DNA of 47,939 nt, taken from NCBI GenBank assembly GCA_964406495.1, contig CAYOSB010000005.1:1-47939 (forward strand), given 5' to 3'. Shown here in pieces: positions 20,557 through 30,700 of the stretch. Within the stretch, counting starts at the first letter, position 1, and each line of letters begins with the position of its first letter. The position numbers and the translations under genes were made by a program. Under the pieces are notes generated by a model. It was given only the letters and a program-made list of their open reading frames with translations. It ran no database searches and was not told the origin of the DNA. The stretch comes from an uncultured Bacteroidaceae bacterium (GTDB taxonomy: Bacteria > Bacteroidota > Bacteroidia > Bacteroidales > GCA-2748055).

Positions 20557-23500
20557 ATGCATGATTCATTATTTCTGAATAAATTCCTGTTTGTTCTGAT
20601 ATTGCCTTTTATTCTCCTTTCACATTCTGAAATAGAAGCGCAAGAATATAACGGTTTCAATGAATTTGTGAAAAGAGATGCACTTCCTAATTTCTTTGGC
20701 AAGGTAAATAATCATGATCATGTTAAAATTGCCTACATGGGTGGCAGCATTACGCAGCAGGATGGCTACCGGGTGCATTCCTTCAACTGGTTCAGGGAAA
20801 ATTTTCCGCAAACAGAATTTGAAGAAGTTGTGGCAGCCATAGGTGGAACCACTTCAAAATTTGGGGTTTTCCGTTTATATAGGGATGTGCTTCGTTTCAA
20901 CCCTGATTTGTTTTTTGTGGAATTTGCCGTGAACGATTTGGGCCTGTCGGAAGGGGAAATTAAAAAATCCATGGAAGGTATTGTGCGCCAAACCTGGAGA
21001 TACGATCCGAATATTGACATTTGTTTTGTGTATACGGCAAGGTGCAGCATGTTTAATGATTACCAAAACAGCAACCTGCCCATGCCGGTAAGAATCATGG
21101 AAGAAGTGGCGGATCATTATGGAATCCCGACCATTAACATGGGATTAATACCGGCTCAAATGGAGGCTGAAGGACGGTTGATCTGCCAGGGTTCACTTCC
21201 TGCCGACCCGCTTAAAGAACCTATTGTGTATTCCGGCGATGGCGTACATCCACATGAAGAATCAGGACATGTGTTGTATTCCAATGCTATCTCACGATCC
21301 ATGCTGTCTGTTAAAGAGATTGATTCGACCCTTGTACACGGTATACCGCAATTTGCTTTAGATCCCAACAATTATGAGAACGCTACCATGGTCGTATTGG
21401 AAGAAAGCATGTTACACGGTCCCTGGAGCAATATCACCGATTCCATGGCCCAAATTATAAGAAATTACAAATGCACCTCCATTCTACCAACCTGGAAAGG
21501 GTATACCGATCAGTCTTATATATCTGCCGAATTTATCGGAAATATGATTGGAATATATCATGTTGCAGGTCCCACAGCGGGGAGAATAGATGTGAGTATT
21601 GACGATGGAAGTGAATCTACTTATCTTGCATTCGACAAATATTCAACGTATCACAGACCTGCGCAGGTTTTTTTCAGTAATGACCTGGCTTATGGGAAAC
21701 ATCACATTAAAATCACAGTTAATACGAGCGATTTTGATAAAAGATCAGTGATTCATCCAAACAGACAAGATGATTACGACAACAATCCTGAAAAATATGA
21801 AAATAATTTCCTGAATGCAGTTGGTCTGTTGGTGAACGGGAGCGTGGTAAGTAACACTGTTTATATTGATCCAGGCACTCCAGAAAATGGCGGTGGTAGC
21901 ATTACCAGTCCATATAATACCTGGGAAAATATAAGCTGGAAGAAAGGCAATATTTATCTTCAGAAGCGAGGAACTACCTATGATAAAACCATTGTGATAG
22001 ATAGCAGTGGAACCCCGGATTCTACTATTCAAATCGGGGCCTATGGTTCAGGACCCAATCCCAGTGTTGTCCCCTCCGATACAGCGGCCCTGATTGCTTC
22101 AGGTATCAATCATGTTGAGATCCGGGATCTTTCTTTCTCGGTGAAAGGCAGCAGGCCGACTCCTGTCCTGGTGCTTGAAAACTGCAAGAATGTGAGTCTT
22201 ACCAGTATTGTCATTGATTCAGCCGTGGGAAGTGGTATTTATGCTCACCGTACCGATTCCCTGGAGTTGCGTGAAAGCCTTATCGCTAACTGCGGACGTA
22301 CCGCCGGGGAGGATACCCTGGATAACATCAGCCTTGTTAATAGCAAGGGCTTTTTGGTTGAAGAAAATATTATCAGGGACTTTAAAGGAGGAAACGGCCT
22401 GCGGGTATCAGATAGCGAGGGACAAATACGCTACAACAGAATCTATAATAGCGAGTCCTCTGAAAATGCCCTGCATGGCATCATGGTTGACAAACAGGCT
22501 GAGGCACTGGTTCAAAACAACCTGGTTTACGATAATTCAAACGGTTCCGCCCTATGGCTCGGGGCCAACGCCCGGGTTTACAACAACACCTTTTACAACT
22601 GCCGCCAGGGGATGGTGTTGGATCGTTCCACGGGCGATATAAAAAACAACATAATGGCCGGTAATACAACCGGCATAAACTACCGTGAATATCCTGTTGA
22701 AAGCGATTACAATCTCTACCATGATAACACTGTTCAGGTGAAGGATAAAGATACAGACCGAACCCTGGAACAATGGCAGGGATCATCGGGTGATGCATAT
22801 GACCGGCACAGTATTGAATCGGACCCGGTATTTGTTGATGCTGATAATGGCAACTTCGGTTTGACAAAAGGCTCCGGAGCCATTGATAAAGGTGTACAAC
22901 TGGATCCGATGCATCGGTATACCCTGGATACCGCCAGTGTTTGGCCTGACAGAGTGACCACCCTTGACCAGGATGAACTGGGTAAAAAATGGGAGATCGG
23001 AGCCTATGGTTTCGTGATGTCATACACCCTTTCAACTGAGGCAACCAACGGTACCATCACCCCTTCAGGTGGAACTTTTATTGAAGGCACGGAATTAACA
23101 TTGAAGGCCACTCCCGATGAGGGATACATGTTTGATGGTTGGAACGGGGATACAGCGAACACCGAAAACCCGGTGACCCTGGTCATGGACAGGGATACCA
23201 GCATATCAGCCGGTTTTGCCGAGACCGTGGAACTCAGGTTATCGGGTATCAACTGCAGACTTGAACCTCCGGGAGGGACTTACAGGAAAGGTAGCAGCGT
23301 ATCAATCCGGGTAATTCCTGACGAGGGATTTGAATTCTGGGGCTGGAAAAAAGACCTCAGTGGCAATGCAAACCCACTTCAGCTGAAACTTGACAGCAGC
23401 CTTACCCTTCAAGCCGTATGCACCATCATACCGGTAATGTATGCGCTTCTGACGGAGGCTGATCATGGAACCATCATTCCATCAGATACCCTGATTGAAG

Positions 23501-24117
23501 AAAACACCCTTGTTACCTTGCAGGCAATTCCGGATTCGGGTTATGTTTTTGACTACTGGAACGAAGATACCAGTCTCACAGCAGACAAAATACAGTTTTA
23601 CATGTCCCAGGATACGGTGATTAAGGCTCAATTTGCGGAAGCCGTAATGCTGCGAGTGATTGCTGAGCACGGCAAAGTAGTGCCTGACAGTGGTATTTTT
23701 AAGAAGAATACAATTGTTACCCTTACAGCCATACCAGATTCGGGATACAGGTTCATGCAATGGCAAGGTGATCTGAATGACAGCTTGAACCCGGTCAACC
23801 TAAAACTTGATGAAGACAAGCAGATTGAGGCTGTTTTCTCAAGAATCACAGGTCAACATGATCTGCTATCTATCAGTGGCATAAAGGTGTATCCCAATCC
23901 TGGAGGCGATCGCCTGACTATCGATTTCAGCGGGAACCCTGGGTTCCGTGGCAGCACACTGGAAATCTATACTGGGATGGGAGAGAAAATGGAAGATGAA
24001 CTTTTAACAGAAAATACAACTATAAGTCTGGAAAATTATGACAAAGGAATGTATATCCTGAAAATCAAGCATCCCTTGGGAAAGATTTACACTGAAAGGA
24101 TATTGATTGTCAAATAA
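20557..24117 (+). CDS. T9SS-secreted protein B: SGNH/GDSL esterase + beta-helix module + 4 InlB-B-like repeats + CTD
   Basis: Signal IEA|Q. SGNH blocks GGSITQ, IGGTTS, EFAVND, DGVHP. Beta-helix module ~21862-23007. CTD VYPNPG...KGMYILKI. Confidence 0.85.
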   Translation: MHDSLFLNKFLFVLILPFILLSHSEIEAQEYNGFNEFVKRDALPNFFGKVNNHDHVKIAYMGGSITQQDGYRVHSFNWFRENFPQTEFEEVVAAIGGTTSKFGVFRLYRDVLRFNPDLFFVEFAVNDLGLSEGEIKKSMEGIVRQTWRYDPNIDICFVYTARCSMFNDYQNSNLPMPVRIMEEVADHYGIPTINMGLIPAQMEAEGRLICQGSLPADPLKEPIVYSGDGVHPHEESGHVLYSNAISRSMLSVKEIDSTLVHGIPQFALDPNNYENATMVVLEESMLHGPWSNITDSMAQIIRNYKCTSILPTWKGYTDQSYISAEFIGNMIGIYHVAGPTAGRIDVSIDDGSESTYLAFDKYSTYHRPAQVFFSNDLAYGKHHIKITVNTSDFDKRSVIHPNRQDDYDNNPEKYENNFLNAVGLLVNGSVVSNTVYIDPGTPENGGGSITSPYNTWENISWKKGNIYLQKRGTTYDKTIVIDSSGTPDSTIQIGAYGSGPNPSVVPSDTAALIASGINHVEIRDLSFSVKGSRPTPVLVLENCKNVSLTSIVIDSAVGSGIYAHRTDSLELRESLIANCGRTAGEDTLDNISLVNSKGFLVEENIIRDFKGGNGLRVSDSEGQIRYNRIYNSESSENALHGIMVDKQAEALVQNNLVYDNSNGSALWLGANARVYNNTFYNCRQGMVLDRSTGDIKNNIMAGNTTGINYREYPVESDYNLYHDNTVQVKDKDTDRTLEQWQGSSGDAYDRHSIESDPVFVDADNGNFGLTKGSGAIDKGVQLDPMHRYTLDTASVWPDRVTTLDQDELGKKWEIGAYGFVMSYTLSTEATNGTITPSGGTFIEGTELTLKATPDEGYMFDGWNGDTANTENPVTLVMDRDTSISAGFAETVELRLSGINCRLEPPGGTYRKGSSVSIRVIPDEGFEFWGWKKDLSGNANPLQLKLDSSLTLQAVCTIIPVMYALLTEADHGTIIPSDTLIEENTLVTLQAIPDSGYVFDYWNEDTSLTADKIQFYMSQDTVIKAQFAEAVMLRVIAEHGKVVPDSGIFKKNTIVTLTAIPDSGYRFMQWQGDLNDSLNPVNLKLDEDKQIEAVFSRITGQHDLLSISGIKVYPNPGGDRLTIDFSGNPGFRGSTLEIYTGMGEKMEDELLTENTTISLENYDKGMYILKIKHPLGKIYTERILIVK

Positions 24118-24153
24118 TAACTAATTTTTAATCAGACTATTATAAATCAGACC

Positions 24154-27100
24154 ATGAATTGTTTTAAACATATCATTGTAATAATTTTTGTGCTTGGAAT
24201 GGTTCGGCCCATGATGGCCGATACGACATACGTGGACCCAGGTGCCAGTTTCGCTGGGGATGGCTCTTTCAGCAGACCATATAGTTCATGGTCATACGTG
24301 CAATGGCGCCCTGGCAATACTTACCTGCAGAAAAGGGGGACCGTAACCAATGAAACTGTCTCCATCGGTGCAAGCGGAACCAAAGACGCCTACGTTGTGG
24401 TAGGTGCTTATGGTGAAGGTGAACGGCCACGGATTGAAACTCATGAAAAGATAGCAATAAAAATAAGTGATAAAAGCTACGTGCATATTAAGGACTTTAA
24501 AATCAAAACCACGGGTCAGACAAGATACTATTATACATCGGGTATTTACGGACATAACGGGGAATATAATGTCATAGAAAACGTGGATATAGGTCCCGCC
24601 GCTGCACATGGCATTTACCTCCAAAACCATCATAACCTGCATGTCAAAAATTGCCTGTTCTATAACACGGGAACCAAAGATGAATGGGATAGTTGTGATA
24701 ATATCCACCTGGAAAATTGTCACGAATACCTGGTAGAGTATTGCGTGTCATATAATGCCCTGCAGGGAGCTGTTTATGATGCTTCGGATGGAGGTAGCGG
24801 ATATACCACCGGCACGTGGAGATACAATATCGGTTATCGTACCCCGGATTCCAATACAGATCATTCGAACTGGAGTATATATAAATTATCCGGACACCAT
24901 GAGAAATCCCGTGTAAGCCTGCTGTATAATATTGCATATGGTAGTTTTAACGGACCGGCCTATGCCCTGCAGGAAGAACTCGTATCAACCGTTATTGGCA
25001 ACGTTGCGTATGATTGCGTGGCCGGTTTTCAGCAATCACCCGATACCAATATTATTAAAAACAATATTGTTATGAACTGCGGGAATGTGATATATTTCCA
25101 GGAAAACAAAATGCCTAGCCAGATGGATAATAATCTGTACTTTAATAATAACCGGTTTGGTTTTATACAAGGCAGCACGGTCTTTCAAACCCTGGCGGAT
25201 TTTCAGAGTTTTTCGGGTCTTGACCAACACAGCATGGTGCAGGATCCCATGTTCACGGATGCGGCAAACCATGATTTTACCCTGCAAAATAATTCACCCG
25301 CCATCGACGCAGGAGAGAACCTGGGTAGCAGCTATGATTCAGCCCTGTATGCCTTTTCGGAATGGACGGACAATGTGATACTTGTCAACCAAAACGATCA
25401 TGGAAGCGGATGGGAAATCGGTCCCTTTGTCTTCAAACCTGTGGTTTATATTGATCCATCCCTTGCGACAAACGGGATTGGAAGCATCAACAAACCTTTC
25501 AACAGCTGGAATCACGTCGAGTGGCGTGCAGGATATACCTACCTTCAAAAAAGGGGTACTACCTGGGATGCTTCCATCACCGTGGAAGCCAGTGGAACTA
25601 AAAGGAACCCCATTACCATAGGGGCTTACGGTGAGGGTGATAACCCGCGGGTTATCACGAGTGAAAACAGCGCTTTTATTATTCAATCTGCTGCCTATAT
25701 CAACCTGGAAGATTTTGATATAGAAACCCACGGAAGTTCCTATGCCCACGGGATTCAGGCCCATAACGCATTTGGGATAAAGCTCATGAACGTACGTACG
25801 GATTCAACTGTGGGACATGGGGCTTATTTTCTGAAAACAGACAGTCTTTCGATACAAAATTGTCATTTTGAATCAGCAGGTTACGGGATGGAAAATAAAA
25901 GCTATGACAATATTCACCTGGATACCTGTCAATGGTTTACTATCAGTGCCACACTTTCAAGGAATAACAAGGACGGATCGGGCATTGAAATTATTGATGG
26001 CAAAGGCAGCGTATTGTACAATAAACTGGACAATACCGGAAATCAGGTATCCGCCGGAAGCTTGATATCCACTGAAAATGAGGCTGAGGTGGTATTGGCT
26101 TACAATATCTTAGCCAATGCAACAGATACCTCGGCTATCGTCATGAACAGCAAGGGAAGCGTTTTTAATAATACTATTTTTAATTGTAAAACCGGTATCC
26201 ATAACAATAATGCGAACAATGAAATAAAAAATAATATTTTTTCAGTAAACCAAACAGCGCTGAATATCAAGACCTTACCGGAGTTCAGTGATTACAACCT
26301 GTTTTATGCCAATGCCACAGATGTGTTTGATTCACCGAATCAAATGTCCCTGCAGGAATGGAAAAACGCTGGTTCAAATAATTATGACCAACACAGTCTG
26401 AACGCTGATCCTAAGTTTACCGATACGCTAAATCTCGATTTCACCCTTCTTTCCGGGTCTCATGCTGTTGATAATGGATCACCAACTGCTGATTCATTGC
26501 GGGAAGGTTTGAAATCTAACACGGTAATCCCTGATACCCTGGTGACCGTTGATCAAAATAATTATGGATCAGGCTGGGAAATCGGGGCATATGTCTTCAT
26601 TAACCGCTATGATCTGACGATTAACGCGGAAAATGGCAGTGTGGTGCCTTCAGACAGTACTTACTACGAAAGAACAGAGGTTGAGCTCAGCGCCATTCCA
26701 GATGAAAACTACGTGTTTACCGGATGGAGCGGGGATATTTCAGGTACTACCAATCCGATTACTATCAGCATGGACAGTAGCATTACAGTCACTGCCAATT
26801 TTATTCAGGGTTTCAACCTGGTTACCCATGCCAGCAACGGTACGGTGACACCTGCAGAAGGTACTTTTCTTGATGGGGAAGAAGTCACACTTACTGCCAC
26901 ACCTGATAGTGACTATCATTTTGAGAAATGGAGCGGAGATGTGGAAAGCACAGAAAACCCGGTGACCTTTGTCATGAATGGTGATAAAGAAATCACTGCC
27001 CATTTCTACAAGACCTATCAGCTGAATATTACAGCTGAGAATGGGACTGTTGCGCCCGAAAGCGGTGAATATAAAGCGGACACCCAATTGGTATTAATGG

Positions 27101-27699
27101 CTTATCCTGATGAAGGCTACAAATTTGTTGCCTGGAACGGAACAGTAAGCGGGATTGTTAATCCGCTTACCATCACATTAAACCGCGATATGGACATTAT
27201 TGCTGTTTTTTCTGCGTTGCCGGAGTATACGCTTACTGTGGAAGCGCAAAATGGTTCAGTAACCCCCGGAAGTGGCACATACTTCGAAGGAGATACGGTA
27301 TCTCTCACTGCACATGCCGATTCGGGTTATGTATTTACAAATTGGACCGGTGATGTACAGGATACCAGTACAACCATTGAAATCATCATGAACAGGAATT
27401 ATACAATTGAAGCAAACTTCATAAAGGTAACTTCCGTTTGGACTGATATACATGGTAATTCTCCTGAAGTTTACCCCAATCCTGTATATGATAAGCTGCA
27501 TATTGAAGTATCTCCGCGAACCGACATTCACGAAACCTACCAGCTTTTACTTTATGATGTTTTGGGCAAGATAAAATTCATGCGAAACGTATCCGGTTCG
27601 TCCGTCATCGATGTAAGCAGACTGAATAAAGGCATCTATATATTGCAGCTGAAAAAAGAAGATGAAAACCTAATGCACAAAATGATCATTAAAGAATAA
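24154..27699 (+). CDS. T9SS-secreted protein C: two beta-helix modules (first one a putative lyase) + 4 InlB-B-like repeats + CTD
   Basis: Modules ~24229-25428 and ~25447-26592 (YLQKRGT...SPAIDAG...WEIG). CTD VYPNPV...LNKGIYILQL...KMIIKE. Confidence 0.82.
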   Translation: MNCFKHIIVIIFVLGMVRPMMADTTYVDPGASFAGDGSFSRPYSSWSYVQWRPGNTYLQKRGTVTNETVSIGASGTKDAYVVVGAYGEGERPRIETHEKIAIKISDKSYVHIKDFKIKTTGQTRYYYTSGIYGHNGEYNVIENVDIGPAAAHGIYLQNHHNLHVKNCLFYNTGTKDEWDSCDNIHLENCHEYLVEYCVSYNALQGAVYDASDGGSGYTTGTWRYNIGYRTPDSNTDHSNWSIYKLSGHHEKSRVSLLYNIAYGSFNGPAYALQEELVSTVIGNVAYDCVAGFQQSPDTNIIKNNIVMNCGNVIYFQENKMPSQMDNNLYFNNNRFGFIQGSTVFQTLADFQSFSGLDQHSMVQDPMFTDAANHDFTLQNNSPAIDAGENLGSSYDSALYAFSEWTDNVILVNQNDHGSGWEIGPFVFKPVVYIDPSLATNGIGSINKPFNSWNHVEWRAGYTYLQKRGTTWDASITVEASGTKRNPITIGAYGEGDNPRVITSENSAFIIQSAAYINLEDFDIETHGSSYAHGIQAHNAFGIKLMNVRTDSTVGHGAYFLKTDSLSIQNCHFESAGYGMENKSYDNIHLDTCQWFTISATLSRNNKDGSGIEIIDGKGSVLYNKLDNTGNQVSAGSLISTENEAEVVLAYNILANATDTSAIVMNSKGSVFNNTIFNCKTGIHNNNANNEIKNNIFSVNQTALNIKTLPEFSDYNLFYANATDVFDSPNQMSLQEWKNAGSNNYDQHSLNADPKFTDTLNLDFTLLSGSHAVDNGSPTADSLREGLKSNTVIPDTLVTVDQNNYGSGWEIGAYVFINRYDLTINAENGSVVPSDSTYYERTEVELSAIPDENYVFTGWSGDISGTTNPITISMDSSITVTANFIQGFNLVTHASNGTVTPAEGTFLDGEEVTLTATPDSDYHFEKWSGDVESTENPVTFVMNGDKEITAHFYKTYQLNITAENGTVAPESGEYKADTQLVLMAYPDEGYKFVAWNGTVSGIVNPLTITLNRDMDIIAVFSALPEYTLTVEAQNGSVTPGSGTYFEGDTVSLTAHADSGYVFTNWTGDVQDTSTTIEIIMNRNYTIEANFIKVTSVWTDIHGNSPEVYPNPVYDKLHIEVSPRTDIHETYQLLLYDVLGKIKFMRNVSGSSVIDVSRLNKGIYILQLKKEDENLMHKMIIKE

Positions 27700-27743
27700 C
27701 GCAAGCATACCCAATCTGACACCTCGTAAAGCAGGCCAGCTAA

Positions 27744-30700
27744 ATGAAATACCCAACCACGATAAAAACTAGCAGCAAAATAATTTGCTGTTTATCTGAT
27801 ATCTCTGAAAAGAATAACTCAGTTCAGTCGCGAACAACCCGGTACGCGTGGATGGGCAATAAGCAGGTAGCCTTTTCCATCGCTTTGCTTATGCTTGTCA
27901 CCCTGAATGTGGGTTCACTTTTTTGCCAGGGGGTAATCATTGATGATGAAAATATTGAAAACTGGTCAGATCATGCAAAACTGGATTCACAAATAGTAGT
28001 CAAAGGTGATTATTCCATTAAATGGGAAAATATTTCAGAAAATGAAACAATGACTTGTTATGCAGTACCTGATACAATGGGATTTAAAAACACCCTTTCT
28101 TTCTGGATGTATTGCGACAACCCTACCCAGGCACAGGTTTCTGTTTTTTTACAAACATCAGATAACGAGGACATTACCGCCTACCCAAACGATGGGTATT
28201 GGGTATGGTTCAAGCTCGACTGGCATGGATGGAAAAAATGGGAATTTACAGGCGCTCATTTTCATCCGGCTAAAGCAGCCACATATTCACACGATTCCTA
28301 CCACACAATCATTAAGGATGTAAAAATGCTTCGGTTTGATACCGACAATGACTCGGGTTATGGTACGATGGGAAGAATTAGCTGGATCGAAGGAAAAAAT
28401 GCCAATGCTGATGGCAGAAGGGAGAACGTAACATTATATATTGATGATATCAGATGGAACAATGAACCAGTCTGGAAACAAGTAAACCGGCCCCATCCGG
28501 GAGGACTCATTACCGGTGAAATGATTAACAATGCCCGGGAAGGTTATAATTCGGGAAACAGCTCGTACATTTCTGCAATTGAAGACCTGGGCAAATATGC
28601 TTCGCGATCGTACGATAAAATCATTAATTTTCCTCAGTTTGCAGCAGATTGCGGTACTCCCGACAGCTATGGCTATAACATCAGGGTCGAATTTGGTGAT
28701 GATGAACATATTGGAATGCTGGGTTGGGATGCGGAAAATGCGCTCAGGTGTGCCATGGCTTATGCCTTAGATCTAAACGATCCTTTTCCCAACACCAATC
28801 TAACTAGAGATGATTTTCGCGATAAAGCGCTGGATATTCTCAATCAGTGGGCTTTGGTACGCAAATATTCAGGATATAATGAAGATGATAATCCTGCCGG
28901 CGGCCTGGAGCTTTCTTCAAGAGGATCGAAACTTTTTCTTGCTGCAGAGCTTATGTGGGATTGCCCTGAATGGACACAAGCTGAAAAGGATCGCTTCCTG
29001 TATTTTGCCACAGAAGCAGCCTGGCATACGCTCTCCACAGTCATATACCGTTCCATGAGCAATTGGGGCTGGCAGGCCATGCATACCATGTTTCTGATTA
29101 ATCATCTTGCTGACCGGTCGCATGAATATGATTTGATGCATTTTAAAAACCTTTTGAACATTGCCATATGCGGACCTCTTGATGGAAATAGTTTTGCAGG
29201 CGGACAGGATAAAATTTTTAACACCGGTGGTTTGCCCAAAGAAATTGAAAGAGGTTTTCAAAGCATTCATTATACAGGTTGGGCATTGAGGGGAGGTGCA
29301 GGTGCATGCGAAATAATCGCCCATGACATGGGACTAAATTTGTACGATTGGATCTCATTAAATGGGGAAGGAAGCCTGAGAAATGCCCTGGTTGATTTTT
29401 ACTGGCAATATGGCAGAAACAATGATACTGAACATACCTGGATCAACTACCCGGAAACCCAGTCACAAGATCACCTCGAATATGATTTGGTGGAAGCGAT
29501 GGGCTATATTTTTGAAAATCAGGACATGCTGAATTATAACTCCTATTCAATGGCGTTTGGAGGTTTGGGTTTTCTCGGAGTGCATGTTTTCCGACCACAT
29601 TCTTTAACAGCGCAATCTCTGATCGTTCCTGACTCAAATCATGCTACCATAAAAACGCCTTATATTCAATATAAGCTTACTACTGAATCCAAAAATGGAA
29701 CAATTACGCCGTCATCAGGGACCTACACCAATGGAACGGAAATTGAACTTGTAGCTTTTCCTGATGAAGGGTACGTGTTTCAGAAATGGCAGGGAGATAC
29801 TACATCAACTGACAATCCGCTTACAATTTCTATTGACAGTAATATTCATGTCACTGCCAATTTTGTTGCTCAGCTTGATAATGTTAAAGAATTACAACCC
29901 CGGGGCTATCTCCCCAATTTTTTTCAAAAAATAAAATACAAGGACACAGTCAGGATTGCATATATTGGCGGAAGCATTACCCAGCATGAAGGATGGCGGG
30001 TGCAATCATTTAACTGGTTTAAAAACCAATACCCAGGGGTACCCTTTGAACAAATTAATGCCACTATAGGAGGAACTACCTCCCGGCTTGCAGCTTTCCG
30101 GTACGAGCTGGATGTACTGCAAAACGAACCGGATCTGGTATTTGTGGAATTTGCGGTGAATGATGATTTGGTACTTACGGATGAAGAGTCAAAAAAAGGC
30201 ATGGAGGGCCTGGTTCGAAAAACCCGCTTGTTTGATCCCGGTATTGATTTATGCTTTGTTTATACCATCCGGTCATCCATGCTCAATGACTTGAAAAACG
30301 AGCGCCTCCCTGAGAAATATAAACTAATGGAAGAAATAGCCGGGTATTATGGCATTCCTTCTGTCAACTTTGGAGATACCATTGCTGAAATGCATAACGA
30401 CGGGCAGTTGGTTTTTACAGGTGACCTGCCGTCAAATCCGCTTGATTTACCCATCGTTTTCTCAAGCGATGGTGTGCATCCCCATATTGAATCAGGTCAC
30501 GTACTTTACACTGAAAGCATTATTCGTTCCATGAAATTACTCAGGGATAGTTTCGGTGTGATCAATCATTCTTTCCCTACTGTACCTTTGATGAAGAATA
30601 ATTATGAAGATACCCGGTTGGTTCCTGTTACACCTGAAATGCAGCAAGGCAAATGGGAAGATGTAACCCAGAGGTACGAGGATATCATCAGTCAATATGC

